A stretch of 32,000 bases of DNA from Tannockella kyphosi (GTDB taxonomy: Bacteria; Bacillota_I; Bacilli_A; Erysipelotrichales; Coprobacillaceae), in the NCBI RefSeq assembly GCF_021054785.1, contig NZ_CP088239.1, forward strand, positions 450,001 to 482,000, given 5' to 3'. A program made the translations under genes and the position numbers. The notes below the pieces were generated by a model, which was not told the origin of the DNA, searched no databases, and saw nothing but the letters and a program-made list of their open reading frames with translations. Positions 1 to 9,004 of this stretch are shown here, in pieces; the first letter of the stretch is position 1, and the number at the start of each line of letters is the position of its first letter.

Positions 1-300
1 ACTATTTTTAAAATGAAAAAAGGTTCTTATTTAATTAATGTAGGTCGTGGAAAAATTGTGGATGAACAAGCAGTAGTGGATGCGTTGAATGAAAATATTC
101 TTGCGGGAGTAGGTCTAGACGTATTTGAAAAGGAACCATTTTATGAGGAAAGTCCATTGTTAACTATAAAGGATCCAAACCGTCTTGTGATGACACCACA
201 TATTGCATGGGCAGGAATTGAGACAAGAAATCGTGTAGTAGAAGAGGTTTGTTTGAATATTTCTAGTTATTTACTAGGAAATAAAAGAAATGCGTGTTAA
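1..300 (+). CDS. D-isomer-specific 2-hydroxyacid dehydrogenase family protein, C-terminal fragment (5' end outside window)
   Basis: Frame 1 is open from base 1. The translation GSYLINVGRGKIVDEQAV...GLDVFEKEP...MTPHIAW carries the RG..vD, DVF..EP and catalytic T-P-H motifs of the NAD-dependent D-2-hydroxyacid/glycerate dehydrogenase family. Confidence 0.8.
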   Translation, partial: TIFKMKKGSYLINVGRGKIVDEQAVVDALNENILAGVGLDVFEKEPFYEESPLLTIKDPNRLVMTPHIAWAGIETRNRVVEEVCLNISSYLLGNKRNAC

Positions 301-315
301 TCATGCATTTTTTGT

Positions 316-344
316 TTGTAATGTGATTTTAATTATGATATAGT
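316..344 (+). promoter_or_regulatory. Candidate sigma-A promoter of the helicase gene
   Basis: TTGTAA (316-321), 17-nt spacer, TGa-TATAGT extended -10 (336-344), about 27 nt upstream of the ATG at 371. Confidence 0.4.
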
Positions 345-370
345 GTCTAGGTTACTTGAAAGGAGAAAAG

Positions 371-1966
371 ATGAGTATAAGCAAATTTGAAGAATTAGGT
401 TTAAGTGTAGAAGTGTTAAAAGCAATCGAAGATATGGGGTTTGATACTCCTTCTAAAATCCAGGAACAAGCGATTCCTGTTGTATTAGAAGGGAAAGACG
501 TTATTGGCCAGGCGCAAACTGGAACTGGTAAAACCCTAGCTTTTGGAGGGGGATTGTTGTCAAACGTATATCCAAGTAAAAATAGATTACCACAAGCGAT
601 TATTTTATCGCCAACAAGAGAATTAGCGATGCAAATTCATGAAGAAATGCAACGTATTGGGAAATACAATGGAAGTCGTATGACTTGCGTATTTGGTGGA
701 AGTGATATCGAAAGACAAATTAGAGATTTGAAAAAAGGTGTGGATATTGTAGTAGGTACACCTGGTCGTGTTATGGATTTAATGCGTCGTAAAGCTTTAA
801 GATTATCAGATGTTCGTTATGTAGTTTTAGACGAAGCTGATGAAATGTTAAATATGGGGTTTGTAGAAGATATTGAAACTATTTTAGATGATGTTCCTGA
901 AGAACGTCAAACTATTTTATTCTCTGCTACAATGCCACAAGCAATAAAGGTTATTGCTAGTCATTATATGAAAAAAGATCATGAACATATTGCTATTGCA
1001 GCAAAAACTAGAACTGCATCTACTGTAAAACAATCTTATTATGAAGTAAAACAAAAAGATCGTTTTGAAGCATTATGTCGTTTGATTGATGTAACACATG
1101 TAAGTGCGGGGATTATTTTCTGTCGTACAAAAAGAAGTGTAGATGAAGTTTGTGAAAACATGCAAAAAGCGGGATATAGTGTAGAAGCAATGCATGGAGA
1201 TTTAACACAAAATCATCGTATGAATACATTACGTAAATTTAAAAATGGAACTATTAAATTCTTAGTTGCTACTGATGTTGCAGCTAGAGGGATTGATGTT
1301 GAAAATGTAAGCCATGTTATAAATTATGAGTTACCTCAAGATATTGAGTCATACATTCACCGTATTGGTAGAACGGGTCGTGCTAATAAAGAAGGTTTAG
1401 CCTACAGTATTATCACACCAAGAGAAAAGAGTTTCTTAGGACAAATTCAAAGGGTAACAAATAGTAAAATTGAAAAACAAGAAATTCCAACATTTTCACA
1501 AATTGAACAAGCAAGAATGGATCATTTATTATCAGAAGTAGAAGATGCAATCTTTGCCGGGAAACATAAAAAGTTTAAAACAATGGTAAATGAAATTGAT
1601 CCAGCTATGGTTTTAGATTTTACAGCAGCACTATTACAAATGCATTATCAAGATAAACCAGGGTATGGATATACTCGTGAGTCACTTAGTAGTGCAGAAT
1701 CATCAAATGGTCGTAAAAAAGGTTCTAAATATGCTCGTATTTTTATTACAGCAGGAACAATGGATCGTGTAAAAGTCCCACAAATTATTAGCTTTTTCTG
1801 TGATAAAGCAGGGATTAGTAAAGATGATATTGGAGCAATTGATATTAAGAGAAAATTCTCTTTTGTTGATTTAAATCCAAAAGTAGTAGAACAAGTTATT
1901 GAAAATTGTAATCATAAGAAAATAAATAATCGTAAGATTGATATTGAAATTGCAAATAAGAAATAA
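371..1966 (+). CDS. DEAD-box ATP-dependent RNA helicase with C-terminal DbpA-type RNA-binding domain
   Basis: Start moved to the ATG at 371, which follows AAAGGAGAA. Motifs seen: Q-motif (F..LGL...GF..PS.IQ), AQTGTGKT, PTRELA, DEAD (VLDEADEM), SAT, ARGID and HRIGRTGR. The C-terminal ARIFITAGTMDRVKVPQII...IGAIDI resembles the DbpA/DeaD RNA-binding domain. Confidence 0.92.
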   Translation: MSISKFEELGLSVEVLKAIEDMGFDTPSKIQEQAIPVVLEGKDVIGQAQTGTGKTLAFGGGLLSNVYPSKNRLPQAIILSPTRELAMQIHEEMQRIGKYNGSRMTCVFGGSDIERQIRDLKKGVDIVVGTPGRVMDLMRRKALRLSDVRYVVLDEADEMLNMGFVEDIETILDDVPEERQTILFSATMPQAIKVIASHYMKKDHEHIAIAAKTRTASTVKQSYYEVKQKDRFEALCRLIDVTHVSAGIIFCRTKRSVDEVCENMQKAGYSVEAMHGDLTQNHRMNTLRKFKNGTIKFLVATDVAARGIDVENVSHVINYELPQDIESYIHRIGRTGRANKEGLAYSIITPREKSFLGQIQRVTNSKIEKQEIPTFSQIEQARMDHLLSEVEDAIFAGKHKKFKTMVNEIDPAMVLDFTAALLQMHYQDKPGYGYTRESLSSAESSNGRKKGSKYARIFITAGTMDRVKVPQIISFFCDKAGISKDDIGAIDIKRKFSFVDLNPKVVEQVIENCNHKKINNRKIDIEIANKK

Positions 1967-2033
1967 TTCACATTAAAGGAAACTAATGGCACTATAAATA
2001 GTTCTGGGGTATAGTACTTATTTGGCTATAAGA

Positions 2034-2066
2034 TAACTTGGGGTTTTATCAAAACCCCAAAGTTTA
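2034..2066. repeat. IS end: inverted pair of the AAAACCCCAAGTT motif forming a 10-bp hairpin
   Basis: taacttggggtttta (2034-2048, inverted copy) and aaaaccccaaagttta (2051-2066, direct copy). Bases 2038-2047 pair perfectly with 2051-2060 across a 3-nt loop. Confidence 0.75.
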
Positions 2067-2119
2067 TAGGACTAAGAAGAGTGTTTTAAAACTTATGTTT
2101 TAGGGAAATGACAATGATA

Positions 2120-3568
2120 CTAGGTATCTTGTTGTTTCTCTTTTTTTATTGGATTGAGATGCATGGTGCTTTCGCTATTTAGGGCAAAGAGTATACGATT
2201 ACGGAATCTTGGCCAACAACGGAATCCGTTACCACCACGTTTAATATCTTTGATTAGTTTATTTCTATTTTCTATAATCGCATTGGTTGCAGTTCTAGGA
2301 ACAGGGGAATCTATAGGTATAAATGAATGGATGATTCCTTTCTTCCATTCTTTTAATGTAGAAGCATATTTTCTCATGTCCGGGAGGGTACTTTCTTCAA
2401 ATTCTTTAATCACTTCATCTAGATTATGTTTTGCATTCTTATAGGTTGATTGCTTATAAAATCGAACCAGAGATTCCTTTAGTTCTACTGCTTCTGTTAA
2501 TCTAGGATCACAATGATAGACAAGGTCATATAAATCATAAAAGTTAAGGAACTTACTTAATGCATAGTTATATTTCTTTTCATTATTAGGGTCTAAAGCA
2601 TAGTATTCAATTATCTTTCCATTTTCTCTTTTTTTCTTTTTCTTATGATTGGTATGGATTAACCAATTGAATTTCTTTAATACATAGTATGTATGTTTCT
2701 TTTGAATGATTTCTGCTTTCTTATCAGGAGGTAGTGCATCTAATTCTTTTGCACTAATCTTTACATAGTTTTCATTCATGACATCAATACGTATACGGTC
2801 TACACGTTTTGTAAGATCAGCTAGAATATGATACTTATCTACTACAAACTTACTATTGGGTAACATCTTTTTAGCTACATCACGATATGTTTTCCAACAG
2901 TCAGAAACAACGAGTTCAACACCTTCTCTTTCCTCTAAAGGGATAGCTTCAAAGTAACGTAATAGATCTAACTTTTTACGTGAAGGTAATATATCAACAA
3001 CATCCTTGGTTAGTAAATCAACGAGGACAAAACAGTAGTTACTCTTGTCATATTTGAACGCATAATTTTCGTCCAGGCACAAGTATCTAGGAAGAGTTTT
3101 TCTAGATACAGAAACATGTTGATCAAACAGATTGATTACGGAGGTAGTAGAAATATGATAACGTGCAGCAACATCACTAAAAGTAGCTCTAGGACTTTTG
3201 AATTCCTCAATGACATTATATACGGTCAAGGCAGAAATTCTTGCTTTTTCATGAGTGAATGGATTTTCTTCATAGAATGATTTTCCACATATTTTACAAC
3301 GATATCTTCTAGCGTTATAGAAGATATAAGTTGGTTTAGAATGAAGTAAGGAATGTGTAATCTTTTTAGGAACATAGTCTTTTACAGTATTGGTCTTATT
3401 ATGACAACATGGACATGTTTGATAACATCGGCTTAGTTTTACATGAATTTCTAATTCATTAAACAAAGTAGGACGTATTTCAAAGGTATCAATACGTTTT
3501 GCTTCTAAATTAAATAACTGTAAGATGTCATCACGGCAAATGGACATAGTGAGAGTATCATCATTCAT
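2120..3568 (-). CDS. ISL3-family transposase
   Basis: 482 aa. It has an N-terminal zinc-ribbon (CPCCHNKT...RRYRCKICGKSF) followed by a DDE domain with the layout typical of IS204/IS1001/IS1096/IS1165-type (ISL3) transposases. The ATG at 3568 follows GGTGGTGA. Confidence 0.9.
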   Translation of the reverse strand: MNDDTLTMSICRDDILQLFNLEAKRIDTFEIRPTLFNELEIHVKLSRCYQTCPCCHNKTNTVKDYVPKKITHSLLHSKPTYIFYNARRYRCKICGKSFYEENPFTHEKARISALTVYNVIEEFKSPRATFSDVAARYHISTTSVINLFDQHVSVSRKTLPRYLCLDENYAFKYDKSNYCFVLVDLLTKDVVDILPSRKKLDLLRYFEAIPLEEREGVELVVSDCWKTYRDVAKKMLPNSKFVVDKYHILADLTKRVDRIRIDVMNENYVKISAKELDALPPDKKAEIIQKKHTYYVLKKFNWLIHTNHKKKKKRENGKIIEYYALDPNNEKKYNYALSKFLNFYDLYDLVYHCDPRLTEAVELKESLVRFYKQSTYKNAKHNLDEVIKEFEESTLPDMRKYASTLKEWKKGIIHSFIPIDSPVPRTATNAIIENRNKLIKDIKRGGNGFRCWPRFRNRILFALNSESTMHLNPIKKEKQQDT

Positions 3569-3696
3569 AATCTATCACCACCCCAAGATAAATCATAGCT
3601 TATAGCTGCTTTATTCGATAATTTCATCATTATCAACTCCTTCTTTTTTTTATCTATCTTTAGAATAATAAAAAAAGAAGAAGATGAATAGGAATC

Positions 3697-4221
3697 CTAT
3701 GTTGGTATAGCATAAAAACAATAGGAATAATGAGGACTTATCATAAATCCTCTATTATAATGATAAAAGTAGTTTTCAAGAAATGTATTATTAGAAAGTA
3801 TCGAGATACTTTCTATAGAACAGTAGTTAATAAAGCGATGAATAATATGTTGAATCCAACGTAAGTCCAGTAATGGATTGGTAGAAAGAATAGAATCATA
3901 AGTACTATGTGTATGATAAGCATGAAGAATCACAAATATGTCTTTTGATAGTAATTGACAACAAGGAAGTAATACAGAAGGAATCAATGCATGATGACGA
4001 CAAGTACAATAAATATTCGTACAACATACTCTTTGAATTTGTATAGAATTAGATTTTCCATTTGTTTTTAAAGTACGTGAATACGTACCATAACGAATAA
4101 GTCTAGCACCACAATTTGGACAAGTAAGTTCTTCTAAAGGAATAGATTGATAGAAATCAATAAAATATTGTTGAATATTTGTAGTAGTAGTATTGAAGTT
4201 CTTTGAATTTACATGTATCAT
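3697..4221 (-). CDS. Cys-rich zinc-ribbon protein, DUF6431-like IS accessory protein
   Basis: Start moved to MIHVNSKNF (ATG at 4221), which follows AAGGAGG. It contains CPNCG...RYGTYSR and a second Cys cluster (RVCCTNIYCTCRHH...LLPCCQ). It sits directly upstream of and co-oriented with the ISL3 transposase inside the same IRs. The family assignment is from memory of DUF6431 proteins. Confidence 0.55.
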   Translation of the reverse strand: MIHVNSKNFNTTTTNIQQYFIDFYQSIPLEELTCPNCGARLIRYGTYSRTLKTNGKSNSIQIQRVCCTNIYCTCRHHALIPSVLLPCCQLLSKDIFVILHAYHTHSTYDSILSTNPLLDLRWIQHIIHRFINYCSIESISILSNNTFLENYFYHYNRGFMISPHYSYCFYAIPT

Positions 4222-4386
4222 AATAGTGCAACCTCCTTTGTGAGTGTTGGTGTTGAGAGAGTAACGCAGAACCGGCAAAGTTGATAGCGTCTCTCTTTTT
4301 TTATTATCATAACATAAAAAGCTATTAGGAATGTAGAGTACTACAAACCAATAGCTTATTTTTAGAAATATTCGAATTGTGGAGAA

Positions 4387-4462
4387 CAAACCCCATAAGT
4401 TTAAAGCGAAAAAGATGAAAACCCCAAGTTAATGGAAAGCAGGACAAAACCCCAAGTTAATT
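4387..4462. repeat. Three direct copies of the AAA(A)CCCCA(T)AAGTT(T)A motif at the transposase-proximal IS end
   Basis: caaaccccataagtttaa (4387-4404), gaaaaccccaagttaatg (4417-4434) and caaaaccccaagttaatt (4445-4462), spaced 30 and 28 bp apart. The outermost copy is the terminal IR. Confidence 0.8.
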
Positions 4463-4468
4463 TAAGCT

Positions 4469-4500
4469 ACCAAACTAATTTAAAATTGGTTTCTTTTTTT
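4469..4500 (+). terminator. Weak intrinsic terminator-like hairpin plus T-run just outside the IS
   Basis: accaa (4469-4473) pairs with ttggt (4486-4490), followed by ttcttttttttg. The stem is short and AT-rich. Confidence 0.3.
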
Positions 4501-4533
4501 TGTGCATTTGCTAAAAAAATTTAGTAAAAGTGG

Positions 4534-4562
4534 TTGAATGAAAGGGTTTTCAAGTGTATAAT
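4534..4562 (+). promoter_or_regulatory. Candidate sigma-A promoter of ppdK
   Basis: TTGAAT (4534-4539), 17-nt spacer, TATAAT (4557-4562), about 38 nt upstream of the ATG at 4600. Confidence 0.5.
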
Positions 4563-4599
4563 ATATTCATGTAACATTCTAAGGAGGATTAGAGAAAAA

Positions 4600-7266
4600 A
4601 TGAAAAAATACGTTTATATGTTTAGTGAAGGTAACGAAATGATGCGTGACACACTTGGAGGGAAAGGTGCTAACTTAGCTTCAATGGTTAATTTAGGATT
4701 ACCTGTACCACAAGGGTTTACAGTTACAACACAAGCTTGTAATGCATATTATGATTCAGGGAAAGTAATCGATGATGATATTAAATCACAAATCGAAGAT
4801 TGCTTAGAAAGATTGGAAAAATTAAGTGGTAAAGAATTAGGTGGAACAGACAATCCATTATTGGTTTCTGTACGTTCTGGTGCTAAATTCTCAATGCCAG
4901 GGATGATGGACACTATCTTAAACTTAGGTTTAAATGATGTGACTGTTGAAATTATTGCTGAAAAAGCAGGAAACAAACGTTTTGCTTATGATAGCTATCG
5001 TCGTTTTATCCAAATGTATAGTGATGTAGTATGTGAAGTAGATAAAGAAAAATTCGAACATATTTTAACTACATTAAAAAATTCAAAAGGATATGAAAGT
5101 GATTTAGATGTAACTGCTGAAGATTTTGAAAAAGAATTAATTCCAGCATACAAAGATTTATTTAAAGCTGAAATGGGTATGGATTTCCCACAAGATGCAA
5201 AAGTACAATTAATGGGATCTATCTTAGCTGTATTTAGATCTTGGAATAATGATCGTGCGATGATTTATCGTAACTTAAACAATATTCCTCATGATTTAGG
5301 AACTGCTGTAAATGTTCAACAAATGGTGTTCGGTAATATGGGAGATTCATCAGGTACTGGTGTATTATTTACACGTAATGCTGCAAATGGGGATAACCAT
5401 ATTTATGGAGAATACTTAATTAATGCACAAGGTGAAGACGTTGTTGCTGGTATTCGTACACCTCAAAAAATTGATCGTTTAGAAGAAGATATGCCTGAAA
5501 TCTATGCACAATTAGTTAAAATTGTAAAAGGATTAGAAACTCATTACCGTGATATGCAAGATATCGAGTTTACTGTAGAAGAAGGAACTTTATATATCTT
5601 ACAAACTAGAAATGGGAAACGTACAGGTAGTGCGGCTTTAAAAATAGCTGTTGATTTAGTGCATGAAGGTTTAATTAACAAACATACTGCATTAACTCGT
5701 TTAGAAGCAGAACAAATTTCTCAATTATTACATCCAAACTTTACAAAAGAAGCTTTAGCTAGTGCTACTTCTATTGTAGAAGGTTTACCTGCATCTCCAG
5801 GTGCTGGTTGTGGGAAAGCATATTTATCAGCAGATAAAGTTCATGAAATGAAATTAGCTGGTGAAAAAGTATTATTAGTAAGACATGAAACTTCTCCAGA
5901 AGATATTCAAGGTATGGTTAGTTGCGAAGGTATCTTAACTTCTACTGGTGGTATGACATCACATGCAGCAGTAGTTGCTCGTGGTATGGGTAAATGCTGT
6001 ATCGTAGGTGCTAAAGCATTATCAATTGATTATGCTGCAGGAACATTTACTATTGATGGTGTTACTTATCCTGAAGGAACAGAAATGTCAGTAGATGGTA
6101 CTACAGGTAAAGCTTATATGGGAACTTTAGCTGTTGAAGAATCTGAATTAACTGGTGACTTTGCTGAATTAATGAGTTGGGCAGATGAAATCAAACAATT
6201 AGCAGTACGTGCTAATGCGGATAGTCCTAAAGATGCTGAAGCAGCAATTAAATTTGGTGCAGAAGGTATTGGTTTATGTAGAACAGAACATATGTTCTTC
6301 GAAGGAGACCGTATTGAATATGTAAGACAAATGATTTTAGCTGATACTCTTGAAGAAAGAATTGAAGCTTTAGATGAATTATATAAATTCCAAGTGGAAG
6401 ATTTCAAAGGAATCTACCGTGCAATGGTTGGTTTACCAGTAACTGTACGTTTATTAGACCCACCTTTACATGAATTCTTACCACATACAGATGAAGAATA
6501 TTTAGCTGTTGCGGAAAAATTAGGTAAAACTTTAGAAGAAGTTAAATTAAAAGGGGCTACTTTACATGAAGCAAACCCAATGTTAGGTCACCGTGGTTCA
6601 CGTTTAGCTGTAACATATCCAGAAATTTATAATATGCAAGTTCGTGCTATTATTGATGCTGCTATTGATGTTTCAAGAGAATTAGGAATTGATATTATTC
6701 CTGAAATCATGATCCCATTAATTGGTACGGAAGCTGAAATTGTATTTGTAAAAGGAAATGTAGTAGAAGCTATCGAAGCTGCTAAACGAGTAAAAGATTC
6801 AACAATTGGTTATAAAATCGGTACAATGATTGAAATTCCAAGAGCTGCATTAACTGCTGATGCTATTGCAAAACATGCTGAATTCTTCTCATTTGGTACA
6901 AATGACTTAACTCAAATGACTTATGGATATTCACGTGATGATATCGGAAGTTTCTTACCAGATTATTTAAGTACTGGAATTTTACCAGTGGATCCATTTG
7001 TATCTATTGACCAATCAGGTGTTGGACAATTAATCGAAATGGCTGCTGCTAAAGGTAGAAGTGTAAAACCAAAAATTAAATTAGGAATTTGTGGAGAACA
7101 TGGTGGAGATCCTGAATCTATTAAATTCTGTCATAAAGTTGGTTTATCTTATGTTTCATGTTCACCATATCGTGTTTTAATTGCACGTTTAGCTGCTGCT
7201 CAAGCTGCTGCTGAAGAAATTATTCTTGAACATGCTACTGATTCAGTATTAGTAAGTGATAAATAA
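4600..7266 (+). CDS. ppdK: Pyruvate, phosphate dikinase
   Basis: Start moved to the ATG at 4600, which follows AAGGAGG (MKKYVYMFSEG..GGKGANL). Features seen: the ATP-grasp N-domain, the phospho-His domain GGMTSHAAVVARGMG, and the PEP/pyruvate TIM-barrel with GLCRTEHMF and GICGEHGGDP. The product is 888 aa. Confidence 0.95.
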   Translation: MKKYVYMFSEGNEMMRDTLGGKGANLASMVNLGLPVPQGFTVTTQACNAYYDSGKVIDDDIKSQIEDCLERLEKLSGKELGGTDNPLLVSVRSGAKFSMPGMMDTILNLGLNDVTVEIIAEKAGNKRFAYDSYRRFIQMYSDVVCEVDKEKFEHILTTLKNSKGYESDLDVTAEDFEKELIPAYKDLFKAEMGMDFPQDAKVQLMGSILAVFRSWNNDRAMIYRNLNNIPHDLGTAVNVQQMVFGNMGDSSGTGVLFTRNAANGDNHIYGEYLINAQGEDVVAGIRTPQKIDRLEEDMPEIYAQLVKIVKGLETHYRDMQDIEFTVEEGTLYILQTRNGKRTGSAALKIAVDLVHEGLINKHTALTRLEAEQISQLLHPNFTKEALASATSIVEGLPASPGAGCGKAYLSADKVHEMKLAGEKVLLVRHETSPEDIQGMVSCEGILTSTGGMTSHAAVVARGMGKCCIVGAKALSIDYAAGTFTIDGVTYPEGTEMSVDGTTGKAYMGTLAVEESELTGDFAELMSWADEIKQLAVRANADSPKDAEAAIKFGAEGIGLCRTEHMFFEGDRIEYVRQMILADTLEERIEALDELYKFQVEDFKGIYRAMVGLPVTVRLLDPPLHEFLPHTDEEYLAVAEKLGKTLEEVKLKGATLHEANPMLGHRGSRLAVTYPEIYNMQVRAIIDAAIDVSRELGIDIIPEIMIPLIGTEAEIVFVKGNVVEAIEAAKRVKDSTIGYKIGTMIEIPRAALTADAIAKHAEFFSFGTNDLTQMTYGYSRDDIGSFLPDYLSTGILPVDPFVSIDQSGVGQLIEMAAAKGRSVKPKIKLGICGEHGGDPESIKFCHKVGLSYVSCSPYRVLIARLAAAQAAAEEIILEHATDSVLVSDK

Positions 7267-7274
7267 AAAATGAA

Positions 7275-7303
7275 AGATCGGGTTTATGCCTGATCTTTTT
7301 TTT
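7275..7303 (+). terminator. Intrinsic terminator of ppdK
   Basis: agatcggg (7275-7282) pairs with cctgatct (7289-7296) with one G-U pair, followed by a T-run of 8. Confidence 0.7.
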
Positions 7304-7381
7304 GGCTTTTTTGGATAGGATTAAATCTTGTATAACATCCTTGTTTAAGCTATACTATATATAAAGATAAGGAGGGGTATT

Positions 7382-8374
7382 GTGAAACAACTGAGATTGA
7401 ATATGGATAGTTTAACAGTGCTTCTTTTTTGTATGAAGATTCGCGGAATGAAGAGTAGTCCGTTAAAGAATGAAGAATGGTATGAGTTAGAAAAGAAATT
7501 AAAACACTTTGGTTTTCAAAGAGTTTCTAGTTTGTTGAAGATGGATTTTGATCATTATGTAGATGTTTTGGAAATAGAAGAAGAAACTGCAAGAATGATG
7601 GAACAAAGGGTATCTAAGTTACAGCTATTAATTGTGGCTTTGACTAAGTTAGAAGATAACGGTATTTTGGTTACTACCAAATACGAAGAGGGATATAATT
7701 TTGTATTGTTAACAAAGATGAAAAAGAAGGCACCACCTTTTTTATTCTATCAAGGAGATTTTTCTTTGTTTCAACAAGGTATAAGTATTGGTGGTTTAAT
7801 GAATATTGAAAAAAATGATATTGTTCAAATTAAGAAAGTATCTGATAAAATAATATTACAAGAATGTACTTATATATCAAATGATACAAAAGGTAGTGAT
7901 GAAATAGCAATGGACTATATCTTGCGTAATGGTGGAGATGTTGTTTGTTTTGTTTGTCATGAGATGAAAGAAAAGGTAGAAAAATATCGTCGTTACATTA
8001 AGAATAAGCAACTATTGATTGTTTCTAACTTTGACTATATAGAACCATTTACTGTAACTAATGCTTTAGATAACAATGGTTTTGTTTGTGGCATGTCTAA
8101 TTATCAAGTGATTACAGGAGTTCATCTTAATAGTGGTGCTACTTGGTTTACTTGTTTGCAGAATGTTCATTATGAGTGGTCTAAAATGTTTGTGCTAGCA
8201 AATGACAGCTTTGCAAGTACAAGAATTATTGATATGGGTGCTGTTATTATGAATAGTAATGATTTGTTATCAGAAAAAACATTTGATGATATATATAAAG
8301 ATAATCATGAAGAAATTGATGGCGTGAAAGTAGATGCTCATCAGATGTCGATATATGAGTTTATAGAGGAATGA
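7382..8374 (+). CDS. Divergent DprA/Smf-like (SLOG-fold) protein
   Basis: GTG start follows AAGGAGGGG. It is collinear with the DprA layout. The N-terminal helical region is followed by PPFLFYQGDFSLF..ISIGG (compare dpPxxLyxxG...aiVGsR). Further matches are TKGSDEIAMDYILRNGG (compare GGAxGiDaaaH..AL..GG), LLIVSNFDY (compare liSE.pP), NNGFVCGMS (compare RNRiiaGLS) and NSGATWFT (compare kSGsLiTa). Several canonical residues are substituted. Confidence 0.5.
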   Translation: MKQLRLNMDSLTVLLFCMKIRGMKSSPLKNEEWYELEKKLKHFGFQRVSSLLKMDFDHYVDVLEIEEETARMMEQRVSKLQLLIVALTKLEDNGILVTTKYEEGYNFVLLTKMKKKAPPFLFYQGDFSLFQQGISIGGLMNIEKNDIVQIKKVSDKIILQECTYISNDTKGSDEIAMDYILRNGGDVVCFVCHEMKEKVEKYRRYIKNKQLLIVSNFDYIEPFTVTNALDNNGFVCGMSNYQVITGVHLNSGATWFTCLQNVHYEWSKMFVLANDSFASTRIIDMGAVIMNSNDLLSEKTFDDIYKDNHEEIDGVKVDAHQMSIYEFIEE

Positions 8375-8375
8375 T

Positions 8376-8984
8376 ATGGAAAAATTAAAAAAATGTCCAA
8401 TTACTACTAGTTTAATTGTGACTAGTTTCGTAGTTTATTTATTTACATTTATTTTATATGGGGAAACAATGAGTGCCTATGAAGGTTTAGAGATGGGTGC
8501 ATTTAATCCGGTGGTGGTTTTATACTATAAAGAGTACTATCGTTTAGTTTTTGCAAATTTTTTACATTTTGGTGTCTTTCATGTAGCAATTAATTGTTAT
8601 TCTCTGTATAATGTGGGAACAATACTGGAGCGATTGGTTGGTATCAAAAATATGATATGGGTTGTAGTAGTAAGTACATTTTCTACTTCGTTAGTCCCAT
8701 TAGCTAGCTATTTATTATTTGGAAGTGGAGCTAATACTGTTTTAGCAGGTATTAGTGGGATTGTTTGTGGTTTAGTAGGAGCATTATTTGTACTTTGTTA
8801 TGAGTATAAAGATCGCTTTGGTGATTTCTATCGAAGTTTAAGTACTAATATTGGTATTATGATTTTACTTTCCATTACCATTTCAAGCGTTTCTTTGTCT
8901 GGTCACCTAGGTGGCTTGCTTGGAGGAAGCATAACAATGTATTGTATATTACAAATAAAGAAGAAAAAAAGAATATTACATTAG
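8376..8984 (+). CDS. Rhomboid-family intramembrane serine protease
   Basis: Polytopic membrane protein with LHFGVFHVAINC (H..xN), the catalytic GISGIVCGLVGA (GxSG) and SGHLGGLLGG (catalytic His followed by a GxxxG-type helix). The ATG lies 2 nt after the upstream stop. Confidence 0.85.
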   Translation: MEKLKKCPITTSLIVTSFVVYLFTFILYGETMSAYEGLEMGAFNPVVVLYYKEYYRLVFANFLHFGVFHVAINCYSLYNVGTILERLVGIKNMIWVVVVSTFSTSLVPLASYLLFGSGANTVLAGISGIVCGLVGALFVLCYEYKDRFGDFYRSLSTNIGIMILLSITISSVSLSGHLGGLLGGSITMYCILQIKKKKRILH

Positions 8985-9004
8985 TTCATACAGGAGGATA
9001 TAAA

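Larger units (their letters stand above)
2034..4459 (-). mobile_element. ISL3-family insertion sequence (about 2.4 kb) carrying a DUF6431-like ORF and the transposase
   Basis: The terminal inverted repeat taacttggggttttatc (2034-2050) matches gacaaaaccccaagtta (4443-4459) at 16/17 positions. It encloses both minus-strand ORFs. No clear target-site duplication was seen. Confidence 0.65.

Noticed and set aside
356-370. N-terminal extensions in the ORF track (356, 4534, 8942, 23655, 27381, 28925, 4389, 23903).
   Set aside because: In each case an internal ATG preceded by a good Shine-Dalgarno sequence gives an N-terminus matching the protein family. The extensions would overlap promoters or neighbouring genes.
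2154-2444. A 96-aa plus-strand ORF inside the ISL3 transposase gene, and similar shadow ORFs at 4749-4976, 6114-6407, 12263-12520, 12625-12822, 26621-26845, 28386-28748, 30898-31083 and 31588-31779.
   Set aside because: They are antisense to, and nested in or largely overlapping, well-supported genes. They have low-complexity or hydrophobic translations and no start context.
2628-2645. A long T/C homopolymeric tract (the poly-Lys run HKKKKKKR in the ISL3 transposase), considered as a possible programmed frameshift or slippage site.
   Set aside because: The transposase ORF is intact and full length through the tract, and no alternative-frame continuation is evident.
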